A stretch of 64,000 nt of DNA. It comes from a virus. How positions within the stretch are numbered: the stretch's first letter is position 1; every line of letters begins with the position of its first letter. The stretch lies in UHGV virus genome UHGV-1351772, one strand, 5' to 3'. A program made the position numbers and the translations under genes. Under the pieces are notes generated by a model, which saw nothing but the letters and a program-made list of their open reading frames with translations, was not told the origin of the DNA and ran no database searches. Shown here one piece after another: positions 46,967 to 56,603 of this stretch.

Positions 46967-48229
46967 TTATTTAGATTTTTCGTAAGCAGCGATACCTGCG
47001 GAGATATAGCCGTTCAGACCGCTGGCCAGGTGTTTCTGGGTAGAAGCAATAATTTTCTCATTAAAAGAGAGACTACGTTGAACACTGGTAATGTGGCGAC
47101 GTAACTTACGCACATTGTCGGTCAGTTCTGGTTTTTCATCGATCTTGACTTTATCGATTTCTTTCAACAGATTACCGATTTTATCTTCAAAGGACTTACG
47201 TGCGCTTTCGACTTTACGATAAGCCTGAACGTTTTTCTCGATCTGTTTACCCACTTCGTTGAAGAAGGCATTGATCTTAGCCAGTTCGCCAACAGACGGA
47301 GTTTTCACGCTGGTTTCAACGCTTTTCTCAGCTTCGACAAAGGTATAACTAAAGCCACCTTCTTCATCGTACTCGACTTTCGCAGAGACGTTGCCGAGAT
47401 GATATTCGATAACTTCTTTTTTGGCGATCGCTTCGAAAACTTTCTTCAGTTCTCCATCAAAAGAAGCATCGCCTTTAAGGGCTTTATCAACCATGCCAGC
47501 AGCATCAGTGGCTAAAGAAGGGACTTCATTACTATAGAAATTAGAAACTCTGTGCAGATCGTCTTTCAGTGACGGGATATCGTTGCCAACGAACTTGCCA
47601 TCGATAGACAGAGACTTGATAAAGCCACCAGAGATTTCATCTTTCTTCTGTTTGCCCAGCTTACGAATAACTTCATCGTATTTCTTAGCACGCGCCTGGA
47701 TAGATTTACCCTGGTTGTGGAATTTCAGCCAGCGATCTTTGATCTTACGACCCTGTTCTTTCAGCCAATCCCAGATACGACCAATGAAGGCTTTAATGTC
47801 TTCCCACAGGGATTCACGAGCAACCTGACGACGGTTACGAGAACCGTAGGATTCGTGAGCAACAGAAGAACGGTGTTCGAAGTTCCAACGAGAACGGATA
47901 GATTCCTGAGCAACGTCCAGCGCAGTCGCAGCGTCGTCCGGCATATCTTCTTCGGCGTCCATCGGTTCTTCACCGTCTTCGCCAGCACCTTCACCGTCAG
48001 CAGCAGCCTGAGCTTCATCCAGAACATCCAGCTGAGCGTCAGTTTCGTCGCCGTCTTCTGCCAGCAGTTCAGCGTCAGCGTCCAGAGCTTCGATCGGTTT
48101 GGTGTCATGCTCGATATCGGCCAGAGTGCCTTCTACGGATTCTGCTGGCAGTTCGATGCCGTCTGGAACTACAGTAGAAGTAGACTCCATAGACTCACGA
48201 GCAATTTTGTTTTTGTAGAAATTCGCCAT
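46967..48229 (-). CDS. abundant virion-type protein, tandem paralog 1 (420 aa)
   Basis: Shares N-terminus MANFxK..ARESME, central KKYxExxRKLGKQKKDEISGGFI and C-terminus GLNGYxxAGIxAYEKSK with 48312..49583; acidic N-terminal region; strong codon bias. Confidence 0.5.
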   Translation of the reverse strand: MANFYKNKIARESMESTSTVVPDGIELPAESVEGTLADIEHDTKPIEALDADAELLAEDGDETDAQLDVLDEAQAAADGEGAGEDGEEPMDAEEDMPDDAATALDVAQESIRSRWNFEHRSSVAHESYGSRNRRQVARESLWEDIKAFIGRIWDWLKEQGRKIKDRWLKFHNQGKSIQARAKKYDEVIRKLGKQKKDEISGGFIKSLSIDGKFVGNDIPSLKDDLHRVSNFYSNEVPSLATDAAGMVDKALKGDASFDGELKKVFEAIAKKEVIEYHLGNVSAKVEYDEEGGFSYTFVEAEKSVETSVKTPSVGELAKINAFFNEVGKQIEKNVQAYRKVESARKSFEDKIGNLLKEIDKVKIDEKPELTDNVRKLRRHITSVQRSLSFNEKIIASTQKHLASGLNGYISAGIAAYEKSK

Positions 48230-48248
48230 TTTAAGCTTTTCCTCTAAG

Positions 48249-48267
48249 GGGAACGTATTGTTCCCCT
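48249..48267 (-). other. inter-paralog hairpin (ggggaac aatac gttcccc)
   Basis: Lies between the two paralog genes without a clear U-run on the minus strand. Confidence 0.35.
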
Positions 48268-48311
48268 GATGATTTATTTCAAGAACTGTACGGAACTACG
48301 AATCTAAATGA

Positions 48312-49583
48312 TTATTTAGATTTTTCGTAAGCACCGATACCAGCACCCAGGTAGCCATTCAGACCGCTAATAACGGTGTTAGCAACATAGCTAACTGCGC
48401 GGTTCAGGGTCTGGTAGTTCTTAACAGACCAATCGGCAGCTTGACGTGCGTTACGCAGGCCATCCCACTTGCTATCGTCTTTTTCGTTGTTCAGCGCCTT
48501 AGCAGCATTCTCAGCAGCCTGTTGCAGCTTCACGATTTCAGAATCGTAAGCACGGAAATCTTTCAGTACGGCTTCGAAGCCTTTACCGATCGCTTCCAGA
48601 GCAGAAGCAGCGCCAGCCATTTCAGAAACAGACGGAGTTTTCACGTCTTTATCGTCAGAAGCGTCGCCGGTGCTCATGAATGCGATTGCAGTGAACTTGT
48701 GGCCGCCAGCCAGTTCTTTAGTACCAGCCTGAATGTAAGCGTTGCCCGGCAGTGCCAGCAGTTTAGACGCATCACCTTTTTCAAAGTTCGGCAGAGTGTG
48801 TAGTTTAGAAGCAGCTTTACCAAACAGTTCTACCGGCTGATCACCACGCATTGCCTTGAATGCGTCATCGTCACCTTTGGTAACGGCAGTCACAGCTTCA
48901 CCAGCTTGTTTTTCCAGAGCACCGATGGAACCTTTAGCTTTACCAGCGGTAACTTCTTTCGCAATAGCGATAGAGCCAGCAGCATCGAATTTACCTTCGA
49001 TAGACAGCTTGGTGATAAAGCCACCAGAGATTTCATCTTTCTTCTGTTTGCCCAGCTTACGCAGCATTTCCTGATATTTCTTCGCACGTTTCTGTGCGGT
49101 CTTACCGACGTTGAAATATTTCAGTTTCAGGTCTTTGATCTTCGCAATCACTTCTTTACAGAACTGAATGAAACGATCGTAAAGATCTTTCAGGGTTTCT
49201 TTCCAACCTTCCTGTGCAGCAGCAGTCATACCACGACCACGGCGATAGGATTCGCGAGCCAGTTTAGTACGTTCCAGGCACCAACGACGTGCGATGGATT
49301 CCTGTGCCACTTCGTGCAGGGCAACCGCTTCTTCCGGCATTTCTTCACCGTTAGCAACGGCTTCTTCCGCCTGTTCGATAGCGTCTTCAGTACGCTCGGT
49401 ATCGGCAGCCAGGGTTTCACCGTCGGTTTCCAGCTGATCGAGCTGACCGTCGATAGATGCTACGTCCGCAAGTTGGACGTCCAGGTTCTCTTCTGCCGGT
49501 TCAACGTTGCTGATACCGTCGATTACTTCATCGGCCGCTTCCATCGATTCACGAGCGGCGCGAGTTTTTGCGAAATTTGCCAT
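48312..49583 (-). CDS. abundant virion-type protein, tandem paralog 2 (423 aa)
   Basis: See paralog 1; AAAGGAAA RBS. Confidence 0.5.
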   Translation of the reverse strand: MANFAKTRAARESMEAADEVIDGISNVEPAEENLDVQLADVASIDGQLDQLETDGETLAADTERTEDAIEQAEEAVANGEEMPEEAVALHEVAQESIARRWCLERTKLARESYRRGRGMTAAAQEGWKETLKDLYDRFIQFCKEVIAKIKDLKLKYFNVGKTAQKRAKKYQEMLRKLGKQKKDEISGGFITKLSIEGKFDAAGSIAIAKEVTAGKAKGSIGALEKQAGEAVTAVTKGDDDAFKAMRGDQPVELFGKAASKLHTLPNFEKGDASKLLALPGNAYIQAGTKELAGGHKFTAIAFMSTGDASDDKDVKTPSVSEMAGAASALEAIGKGFEAVLKDFRAYDSEIVKLQQAAENAAKALNNEKDDSKWDGLRNARQAADWSVKNYQTLNRAVSYVANTVISGLNGYLGAGIGAYEKSK

Positions 49584-49642
49584 TTCGTTTATTTCCTTTG
49601 GTTATATAACCCAATTACACGCCCCTAGAATGAGGGGCCCCC

Positions 49643-50203
49643 TTAGGGACGTGCGATTTTCAAAAACACTGCTAACGACGAGATCATGTCGGACAACCCG
49701 TTCGGGCGCGTCATCCAGCGTGCCAGCAGTTCATGGTCTGCATAAGATAAAAGACGTTTGCTACACTCAACGGATTGGTGAGCAGAGCCCATATTACGTA
49801 CAGTACCTCGGCGACCAAACGCAGCAGCTAATAGACGCGAGCCTAATGCACCCGTCTGTTCAACATTCTTCGTGTTACGAACATCGTTCATATACGACGA
49901 CAGCAAAGTCGACCACTGCCCTAACGTCACATTACGTCGCTTACCATCCAGCAAGAAATCTACACTTTCGTTATAAAACGTATTAAAGGTAAATCCGACC
50001 TGCGGATATTCGTCATATAATACTTGCTGCAAAGAATCAGCAGCCATCAGACGAAAGTACGGTAAAATAACGGCGGCGGCTTCCAGTGTTTTGTGAATAA
50101 CCTCGTCATCGTGTGTGTCGATTGGGTTTTTCGATAAAATCGACATGTAGGATTTAATGCGCTCTACAGCAACATTAAATTCAGGACTATCGTGCTCAAA
50201 CAT
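49643..50203 (-). CDS. hypothetical protein
   Basis: ORF track. Confidence 0.45.
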   Translation of the reverse strand: MFEHDSPEFNVAVERIKSYMSILSKNPIDTHDDEVIHKTLEAAAVILPYFRLMAADSLQQVLYDEYPQVGFTFNTFYNESVDFLLDGKRRNVTLGQWSTLLSSYMNDVRNTKNVEQTGALGSRLLAAAFGRRGTVRNMGSAHQSVECSKRLLSYADHELLARWMTRPNGLSDMISSLAVFLKIARP

Positions 50204-50220
50204 TCGCCTCTCCTAACGGT

Positions 50221-51156
50221 TTACGCTAAACCGTATTTCTTTTCAAGACGCTCACGCTTGTGCTTGAGTTCCATCAGATGCTTTTCACTGATTTCAATCA
50301 GTTTCTCAATGTAGGCATCACCCTTACCTTCTGCGACTTGCTTTTTGTAAAGTAAGATACGCAGTTCCGCCGCTTTCGCCGCTTCTACACACTCGTCGTA
50401 CTTATCCATCTGCCGTTCAGCGATATTCAAACGTACGCGCAATATCAGCGAGATTGGGAACGGTACACTGCTCATTCCCAGTGGGTCAACGGAGCTCGAA
50501 CCGAACTGTTGCGCCAACTCACCGTAAGTTTCGTCGTTAAAGATCGCTTCAGGAATTTCCGCATAATCCGCTTTCAGTTTATTCAGCGGCGTTGCCAGCA
50601 CACGGACAGCAATGCAGTAAGAAATAGAACGAGTATTGAGGTATTGAAGGTCATTCGGACCGACGCCTTTTACTTCAATATTCGAGCCTTCTACGGCGGC
50701 TATTTCTTCCGCGGTTACGTAGTTAAGTAAGGTGGCACTGTAACCTGTAAAGAAGTCAATCAGGTCAAGCAGTCTGAGCACCGTTAATTTATTAAACGTC
50801 ATTGAAGACGTGACTAACGCTTTACCAATGTCACGCGTAATACATTGGTCTAAGAAAGAACGCAATTGTAGCGTGTTTTCCATCGAGGCAACGATGTATT
50901 CCAGCATCGAAGGATTACGGAGACCTTTGGCTTCCAGACCGGAATTCCGCAGGTATTTAACCAAATCATCCGACATGTCCTGCACCGTTTTCGATTTAAA
51001 CGGCTTGCCTTCTTTCGACGCTACCAGCTCTTGCAGAGACTGGAAACGCGGTAAAAGTTGTTCACCAATCGCATCGCAGTTTGATGAGAGTTGGTTTTTC
51101 AAGTTTGTTGCTTCAAAGCTCGGCAACAACATAGCGAGCATATTCGGGATTGCCAT
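50221..51156 (-). CDS. hypothetical protein
   Basis: ORF track. Confidence 0.45.
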   Translation of the reverse strand: MAIPNMLAMLLPSFEATNLKNQLSSNCDAIGEQLLPRFQSLQELVASKEGKPFKSKTVQDMSDDLVKYLRNSGLEAKGLRNPSMLEYIVASMENTLQLRSFLDQCITRDIGKALVTSSMTFNKLTVLRLLDLIDFFTGYSATLLNYVTAEEIAAVEGSNIEVKGVGPNDLQYLNTRSISYCIAVRVLATPLNKLKADYAEIPEAIFNDETYGELAQQFGSSSVDPLGMSSVPFPISLILRVRLNIAERQMDKYDECVEAAKAAELRILLYKKQVAEGKGDAYIEKLIEISEKHLMELKHKRERLEKKYGLA

Positions 51157-51166
51157 GCCTTACCCC

Positions 51167-52273
51167 TTAAAGAACTGGCTGAGCGCCAGAGCGATACGCT
51201 TCGATGATTTTATTTACATCGGCGCTACCAGACTTCGATTTACTAAAGTCAGATTTATCGAGTTCCTGAGAGCCGTTCTGACCACGGGTATAAATAGTGA
51301 CGCGATTCCAGGTGGTGTCCACAACAACGTAGTAGACGGTCAAGGTGTCTTTGAACACACGCTGACGGATATTGAAATCGTCAAATTCGCCACCTAGCTG
51401 TGCGGTCAAACCGTCGATGGTGTCTTGAGAAACCACCATAACGGAAGAAGCGTTATTGATAGACGGTGCCAGAGACAGCAAACCAGATAACCAGTTACCG
51501 TTCTTCTTCTCCACCATCTTACGGTAATAACCGGACTTATCGCGATAACGGTTCTTACGATATTCTTCTACCAGGTCGTTACAGAACGCAATGTCTTTTA
51601 CGTAACTCAACGCGCCAACGCGTGCACGCAGCCAACGTTCCCAGAATGTTTTCGTCTGGTCACTGAACGCAATCAGTGTTTCAATTTGTTCGGTCGGTAA
51701 GGATTTCACATCCAAACGTAAACGCATTGGGAGTTCGACTTTATTACCGTCACGTTCGAATGTTACTGAGAACATCTTCCCGTTGGACAACCCTTCTTGA
51801 TCGAAAAGCTGTTTAATCGGATCACCTTTCCCACCACTGACTGAACCTTTTGATTCTTGGGCAACCCGTCGGGAAGATTCACCGACCGCAATGCCGATTT
51901 TATCGTATGACGGTAAACCATAACGGGCAGATTCGCCGACCGCAAGCGCTGCTAAGCGGGAACCGCTGCGGACTGCATTATCGAGCGCACTACGACGTGT
52001 GCTGACCTGATCCAGTGTGCCGATAATATCGACATCCGGTACACCAGTTAACAGGGAGATAGCCGTTAGTTGGTTTCCTGCCAGCAAAATTTGGATTTTC
52101 TCCAGAATTCCCGGAAGGTAATCTAAACCCAGCAGGCTTTGTTCGACTAAGGTAATGTGCTCGTTATAGAGCACTGAGTTAAATTCCTCCATCGACTCCG
52201 CACGTGAACGAAACAGCATGGGAAGTCTGGAGAGGAAAGAGACAACGCTTGTCTCAAACGTTTTTTCTAACAT
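51167..52273 (-). CDS. hypothetical protein
   Basis: ORF track. Confidence 0.45.
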   Translation of the reverse strand: MLEKTFETSVVSFLSRLPMLFRSRAESMEEFNSVLYNEHITLVEQSLLGLDYLPGILEKIQILLAGNQLTAISLLTGVPDVDIIGTLDQVSTRRSALDNAVRSGSRLAALAVGESARYGLPSYDKIGIAVGESSRRVAQESKGSVSGGKGDPIKQLFDQEGLSNGKMFSVTFERDGNKVELPMRLRLDVKSLPTEQIETLIAFSDQTKTFWERWLRARVGALSYVKDIAFCNDLVEEYRKNRYRDKSGYYRKMVEKKNGNWLSGLLSLAPSINNASSVMVVSQDTIDGLTAQLGGEFDDFNIRQRVFKDTLTVYYVVVDTTWNRVTIYTRGQNGSQELDKSDFSKSKSGSADVNKIIEAYRSGAQPVL

Positions 52274-52299
52274 TTTCCTAATGAACTCCGGAGTTAAAG

Positions 52300-53598
52300 A
52301 TGAGTGACGAGACAGATAAGAACGATCCGGGGTATGACCCGAATACTGATTACGACGATTCTCTCCACAATCCGAATAATGCGGACGCAGTGCCTTCGGT
52401 CGCAGGGTATTTCGACGGACGGATTAGTAATGCTAACCCCCCGACGCCTTACGACGCTAATACTGAACTTACGGCATGGAACGATCGTATCCGTCTTACT
52501 GTAGGTTTGGGTCTTGCTGCGCAGCGTTTGACCAACCCCTACATGGGGTTCAACCATATGATGGCGTCTAACCCCACGCCAATCAACCGAGAATACGGTG
52601 GACTAACTTTTATTACCCGGCCCGATTTTAACCTGTGCTACGACAACATTGCTAAGTCTCGTAAAATGTCGAACATGGCAATGCAGCCAAAGGACTCCAT
52701 AGATTATTCGATTTTAGCTGCGCTTGACCCCGATTTTGAACTCGGATTTACGGACGCACCTATGGAAAACGGTAGGCGGAAGAATCGCTTAGGTACGCCG
52801 TTTATGCCTCAAGTAAAATTCGATAATCTACAAGCGTTCATACCAATACTCAGTACGCAGCTGATTAGCCTTAGTGGTGCACCCGATCAATCTATTGATA
52901 ACTGGATGGCAAGTGAAGGTTTAATGCGTGAACAGTGGGGGATGGTTGACTCTACCCACGAAGTTAACAACAGCTTTTCCATCAGCATGTCATTAAACAA
53001 CCCCTATGGCGACCCATTGATGAAAATGATGGGTGTGTGGCTGGAGTATATGTCTGGTGTGAAAATGGGTAAATTCCGTCCGAAAATGCGTAACTCCATT
53101 CAACGCAGAATCGATTATCAGTCGCGAATCTACGGGATGCGTTACGATGCCTTAGGGAACATCACCCGTTTCTGGACGATTTGCGTCGCTTGGCCGATGA
53201 ACGATAACGCGGGACAAATGGCGAACGTTGATAACTCCAAACCGCAGTTAAACGACGACGTTACGATTACTATTAACTGGCAAGCTATCGGTGCGCGGTT
53301 TAACGATCCATTATACATGGAAATGTTTAACCGCACCGTTTCCATTTTTAATCCGGATATGCTCCCGCAGCCAGGCTCTATTCAATCGGGCAACTTCATC
53401 CCGATTGCTAGTGACCAATTAGTACCCATCGCGCCACAATTGCTGCCGTTGTTTAACTATTACGGTTATCCACACATCGATTCCGTGCGACGCAAACTTA
53501 CCTGGTATGTTTACCAGGCAGACTACCAACATATTCTCAAGAAAGCGGGATTACTGGATAACGCTAATGCCGCTTCACTACCGACAGGTAATAACTGA
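52300..53598 (+). CDS. hypothetical protein (432 aa)
   Basis: GGAG RBS; ATGA coupling to downstream gene. Confidence 0.5.
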   Translation: MSDETDKNDPGYDPNTDYDDSLHNPNNADAVPSVAGYFDGRISNANPPTPYDANTELTAWNDRIRLTVGLGLAAQRLTNPYMGFNHMMASNPTPINREYGGLTFITRPDFNLCYDNIAKSRKMSNMAMQPKDSIDYSILAALDPDFELGFTDAPMENGRRKNRLGTPFMPQVKFDNLQAFIPILSTQLISLSGAPDQSIDNWMASEGLMREQWGMVDSTHEVNNSFSISMSLNNPYGDPLMKMMGVWLEYMSGVKMGKFRPKMRNSIQRRIDYQSRIYGMRYDALGNITRFWTICVAWPMNDNAGQMANVDNSKPQLNDDVTITINWQAIGARFNDPLYMEMFNRTVSIFNPDMLPQPGSIQSGNFIPIASDQLVPIAPQLLPLFNYYGYPHIDSVRRKLTWYVYQADYQHILKKAGLLDNANAASLPTGNN

Positions 53599-56552
53599 TG
53601 AGTTCTACGACTTACGATACTTTGGCAAAGAACATATTGTTGTTTGCCCACCATCCGGCAGCGATGCAAACACTGCTCTTGAATCAGCTTCTGGATGTAG
53701 AAGACGCCGAAGGCCAAATAGTGTTACGTGACCCAACAGACCCTGTTGTTTATTTGGCGGAAATGGGGACAATGTTGGGCCATGCAACGCTTATGGGGTT
53801 GCAGGAATCAGTGCCAAAGACATTTCCATCGATGGCGCAAACGTACGATGACCTGTTCCGACATATGTCCGATGTGGACTACGTTGATGTGTTCGCCCAA
53901 CCTTCAACCACCGAGCTGTTGTTATTAATCGATGTTGATAGTTTAATCTCCAAGGCGTACCCTTTACAGATTGCGGGTGTGCGTAAAGTTGTTATCCCAC
54001 GAGACACAGTTTTCACGGTGTCAGGTTACACCTTTGCCATCCAGTACCCGATTGAAATCAGGGTACTTCCTTACGGTACCAATGAAAACCCGGCGTTTCA
54101 GGTTCTTTGGATTACCGAAACACAGTCACCTATTTCTCCTGTGTCGACGAATGCGCTGGATTGGGAGTTGACGTCGTCTAACACCACGGCCTCGCAACTA
54201 CTGGCAATCCATATCCCGGTCATGCAGTATGCGGTGAAAAACGAAAGTGACACCGTTGCTGGGAAAAATACCTTTGTCATGACCCGTCATTACACTAACA
54301 AATTTTTCTACGTAAGGGTATGGATGAAATCAACCAACGATAACAAGTGGGTTGAAATTCAGCATACGCACAGTCGTGACGTTTACGACCCCAACACCCC
54401 AACCGCGTTAATCCAGGTCGGTGACGGTGTTATACGGTGTACTATCCCCTCGATCTACATGGCGAAGAACTTGGTCAGCGGCGAAATTCGTATGGATATC
54501 TACACGACCTTAGGGCCTTTAAGTGTCGATATCTCGGCTTATCCGTCTGACGAATACACGTTCACGTTGCGTGATTTAAACGGCGAATATGACGAAAACT
54601 ACGTTAACCCGATTAAGAGTTTTTCCATCAAACAGATGGCTGCAAAAGCAGGTAAAATGTTGTCAGGTGGTCGTAGCCAGCTCACCTTCGAAGATTTACG
54701 TACACGTGTAGTCAATAACGCTGTAGGTGCACGAAAACTCCCTGTAACGGAGAAACAATTAGAAGCAACGGTTTCTGACTACGGTCTAACGTTGTCGAAA
54801 CCAAACGACTATGTTACTAGCCGTACATACTTCTTAACGGCACCGATGCTCGAATCGACAATTCCCAATGTCAGTTCTCCCATCGGGACAATCACGGCAC
54901 CGTTCTATTTCTCCTGGAATGAATTGGTTAATCTACCAACGGTAAAGGTTAACGGTAATCGCCTGACGATTCTTCCTGACACACTTTATCGGTTCACCGA
55001 CACCAGCTTGACGGTTGATGCGGAGATGACGGTCTTGGCAAAAACCATGCGTAAAGAAGATTTGATTAATGCGGCCAACGCTAATCGTTATCTCTTTACA
55101 CCATTCCATTACGTTGTGGATATCAACAACAAAGCCATTGACGTTCGTATTTATCAATTAGATAAACCGACGTTAAACTCCAAACGCTTTATCGCCACTA
55201 ACGTAAGCACGGAACTCAGTGTGGTAACAGCCGACTACACTATCGAAAAGACCGAAGCCGGTTATGTATTGCGTACCGTAACGAAGTCAGAGGCACCTTA
55301 TCAAGCACTGACCGACGATCAAGTTTTTGCACAGCTATCGTTCCGTCCACGTAACGCAGACAACACTTTAGCGTACATCAACGGTACGTTAGTCGGTAAA
55401 CAGGGTAGTGAGCGCGTATGGGAATTCCTGCTGGAAACCAACCTAGACGTTGACCGTAACGACGAATTAATGCTAACGAATACACGCATTAGTAGTAGCA
55501 CACCCACGGAAACGCCTGTACCGCTGATGACGGACTTCAACCTGTTCTACGGCTGCACCGGTTATTATCCTGGTAATTACGAACGTGCGGAAATGGATGC
55601 GTTAATCACTGCCCCGTCACGCGATGCTATTGGTATTACTCACGAGATTTTCAAAATCGAATTGGGTAAAGCAATGACGTACTACTGGCGTAAAGCGCGT
55701 GCTGTTACTGACAGCATTAACTACCAGTATTACGAAAAAGACGTGATGGCAACGTGGGAAATCGATGTGGTTAAACGCGATGAGAACGGTGTACCAATCT
55801 ACACCTACGACGCAGGTCGCACGCCACCACTTCAGATTACGTACGAGCATCGTAAAGGTGATCCTAAACTTGACGAGGCTGGACAACAGATCGTCCTACA
55901 TCGTGAAGGAGACTTAGTTAAAGACGAATTCGGCAATCCGAAAATTGCGAAATCGCGTTCTATCAAATTCCGTAGTGAGATGGCGGTATTCGATGCGCGA
56001 TATAAATTCGCGACGACGCCTTCTGCAAAATCGTATCTGAACGAGGTTATCGAAAACATCGTTAACTACGTTACGGTAATACTGCCAACTTTGAAGCCTA
56101 TGTTGTTAGAACGTACCGAAGGTTACTTTGTGCCGATTACAACAATGGGGTATATCGACGCCCGTACCGAGGACGGGGTAGTAACGCCTGTCCCTGCGGA
56201 AAACCAGTTCACCGTGCGTTATTACCTAACAGCTGCTAACCGTAATAACACCGAGCTCTTAACGCAGATTCGTAAGAAAACGTCTCAGGTTATCAATGAT
56301 TACTTGGGTAGTCATCTAACAATCTCTGCAACAGAAATCGGTAATGCATTGAGTGAAACCCTCGATGCGTCTATTATCGGTGTTGAACTCGATGCTATGG
56401 GACCAGATAAAGACATGCGTCTCTTTACCGTTGTTTCGGAAGCATCAAGAGCAACTATAGGTAAAAAGCTGGACATTGAGGCCAGCGGCGACATCGGACT
56501 TAAAGACGATATCGTTATTGTCTATAACCGTCACGATACTACCGCCGATTAA
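53598..56552 (+). CDS. large hypothetical protein (984 aa), possibly structural
   Basis: ORF track; no catalytic motifs recognised. Confidence 0.5.
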   Translation: MSSTTYDTLAKNILLFAHHPAAMQTLLLNQLLDVEDAEGQIVLRDPTDPVVYLAEMGTMLGHATLMGLQESVPKTFPSMAQTYDDLFRHMSDVDYVDVFAQPSTTELLLLIDVDSLISKAYPLQIAGVRKVVIPRDTVFTVSGYTFAIQYPIEIRVLPYGTNENPAFQVLWITETQSPISPVSTNALDWELTSSNTTASQLLAIHIPVMQYAVKNESDTVAGKNTFVMTRHYTNKFFYVRVWMKSTNDNKWVEIQHTHSRDVYDPNTPTALIQVGDGVIRCTIPSIYMAKNLVSGEIRMDIYTTLGPLSVDISAYPSDEYTFTLRDLNGEYDENYVNPIKSFSIKQMAAKAGKMLSGGRSQLTFEDLRTRVVNNAVGARKLPVTEKQLEATVSDYGLTLSKPNDYVTSRTYFLTAPMLESTIPNVSSPIGTITAPFYFSWNELVNLPTVKVNGNRLTILPDTLYRFTDTSLTVDAEMTVLAKTMRKEDLINAANANRYLFTPFHYVVDINNKAIDVRIYQLDKPTLNSKRFIATNVSTELSVVTADYTIEKTEAGYVLRTVTKSEAPYQALTDDQVFAQLSFRPRNADNTLAYINGTLVGKQGSERVWEFLLETNLDVDRNDELMLTNTRISSSTPTETPVPLMTDFNLFYGCTGYYPGNYERAEMDALITAPSRDAIGITHEIFKIELGKAMTYYWRKARAVTDSINYQYYEKDVMATWEIDVVKRDENGVPIYTYDAGRTPPLQITYEHRKGDPKLDEAGQQIVLHREGDLVKDEFGNPKIAKSRSIKFRSEMAVFDARYKFATTPSAKSYLNEVIENIVNYVTVILPTLKPMLLERTEGYFVPITTMGYIDARTEDGVVTPVPAENQFTVRYYLTAANRNNTELLTQIRKKTSQVINDYLGSHLTISATEIGNALSETLDASIIGVELDAMGPDKDMRLFTVVSEASRATIGKKLDIEASGDIGLKDDIVIVYNRHDTTAD

Positions 56553-56569
56553 GAAAAAAATAATAAAAG

Positions 56570-56597
56570 TTACCCTACTCCTTCGGGAGTAGGGTAA
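56570..56597. terminator. bidirectional terminator, UUCG tetraloop; identical sequence repeated at 61930-61957
   Basis: ttaccctactcc ttcg ggagtagggtaa flanked by A-run and T-run between convergent genes. Confidence 0.7.
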
Positions 56598-56603
56598 TCT
56601 TTT

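Noticed and set aside
49601-49612. GGTTATATAACC palindrome upstream of paralog 2 as a T4-late-type TATAAATA promoter
   Set aside because: Single occurrence, imperfect match to TATAAATA, and it overlaps the RBS region; mentioned only as a candidate.
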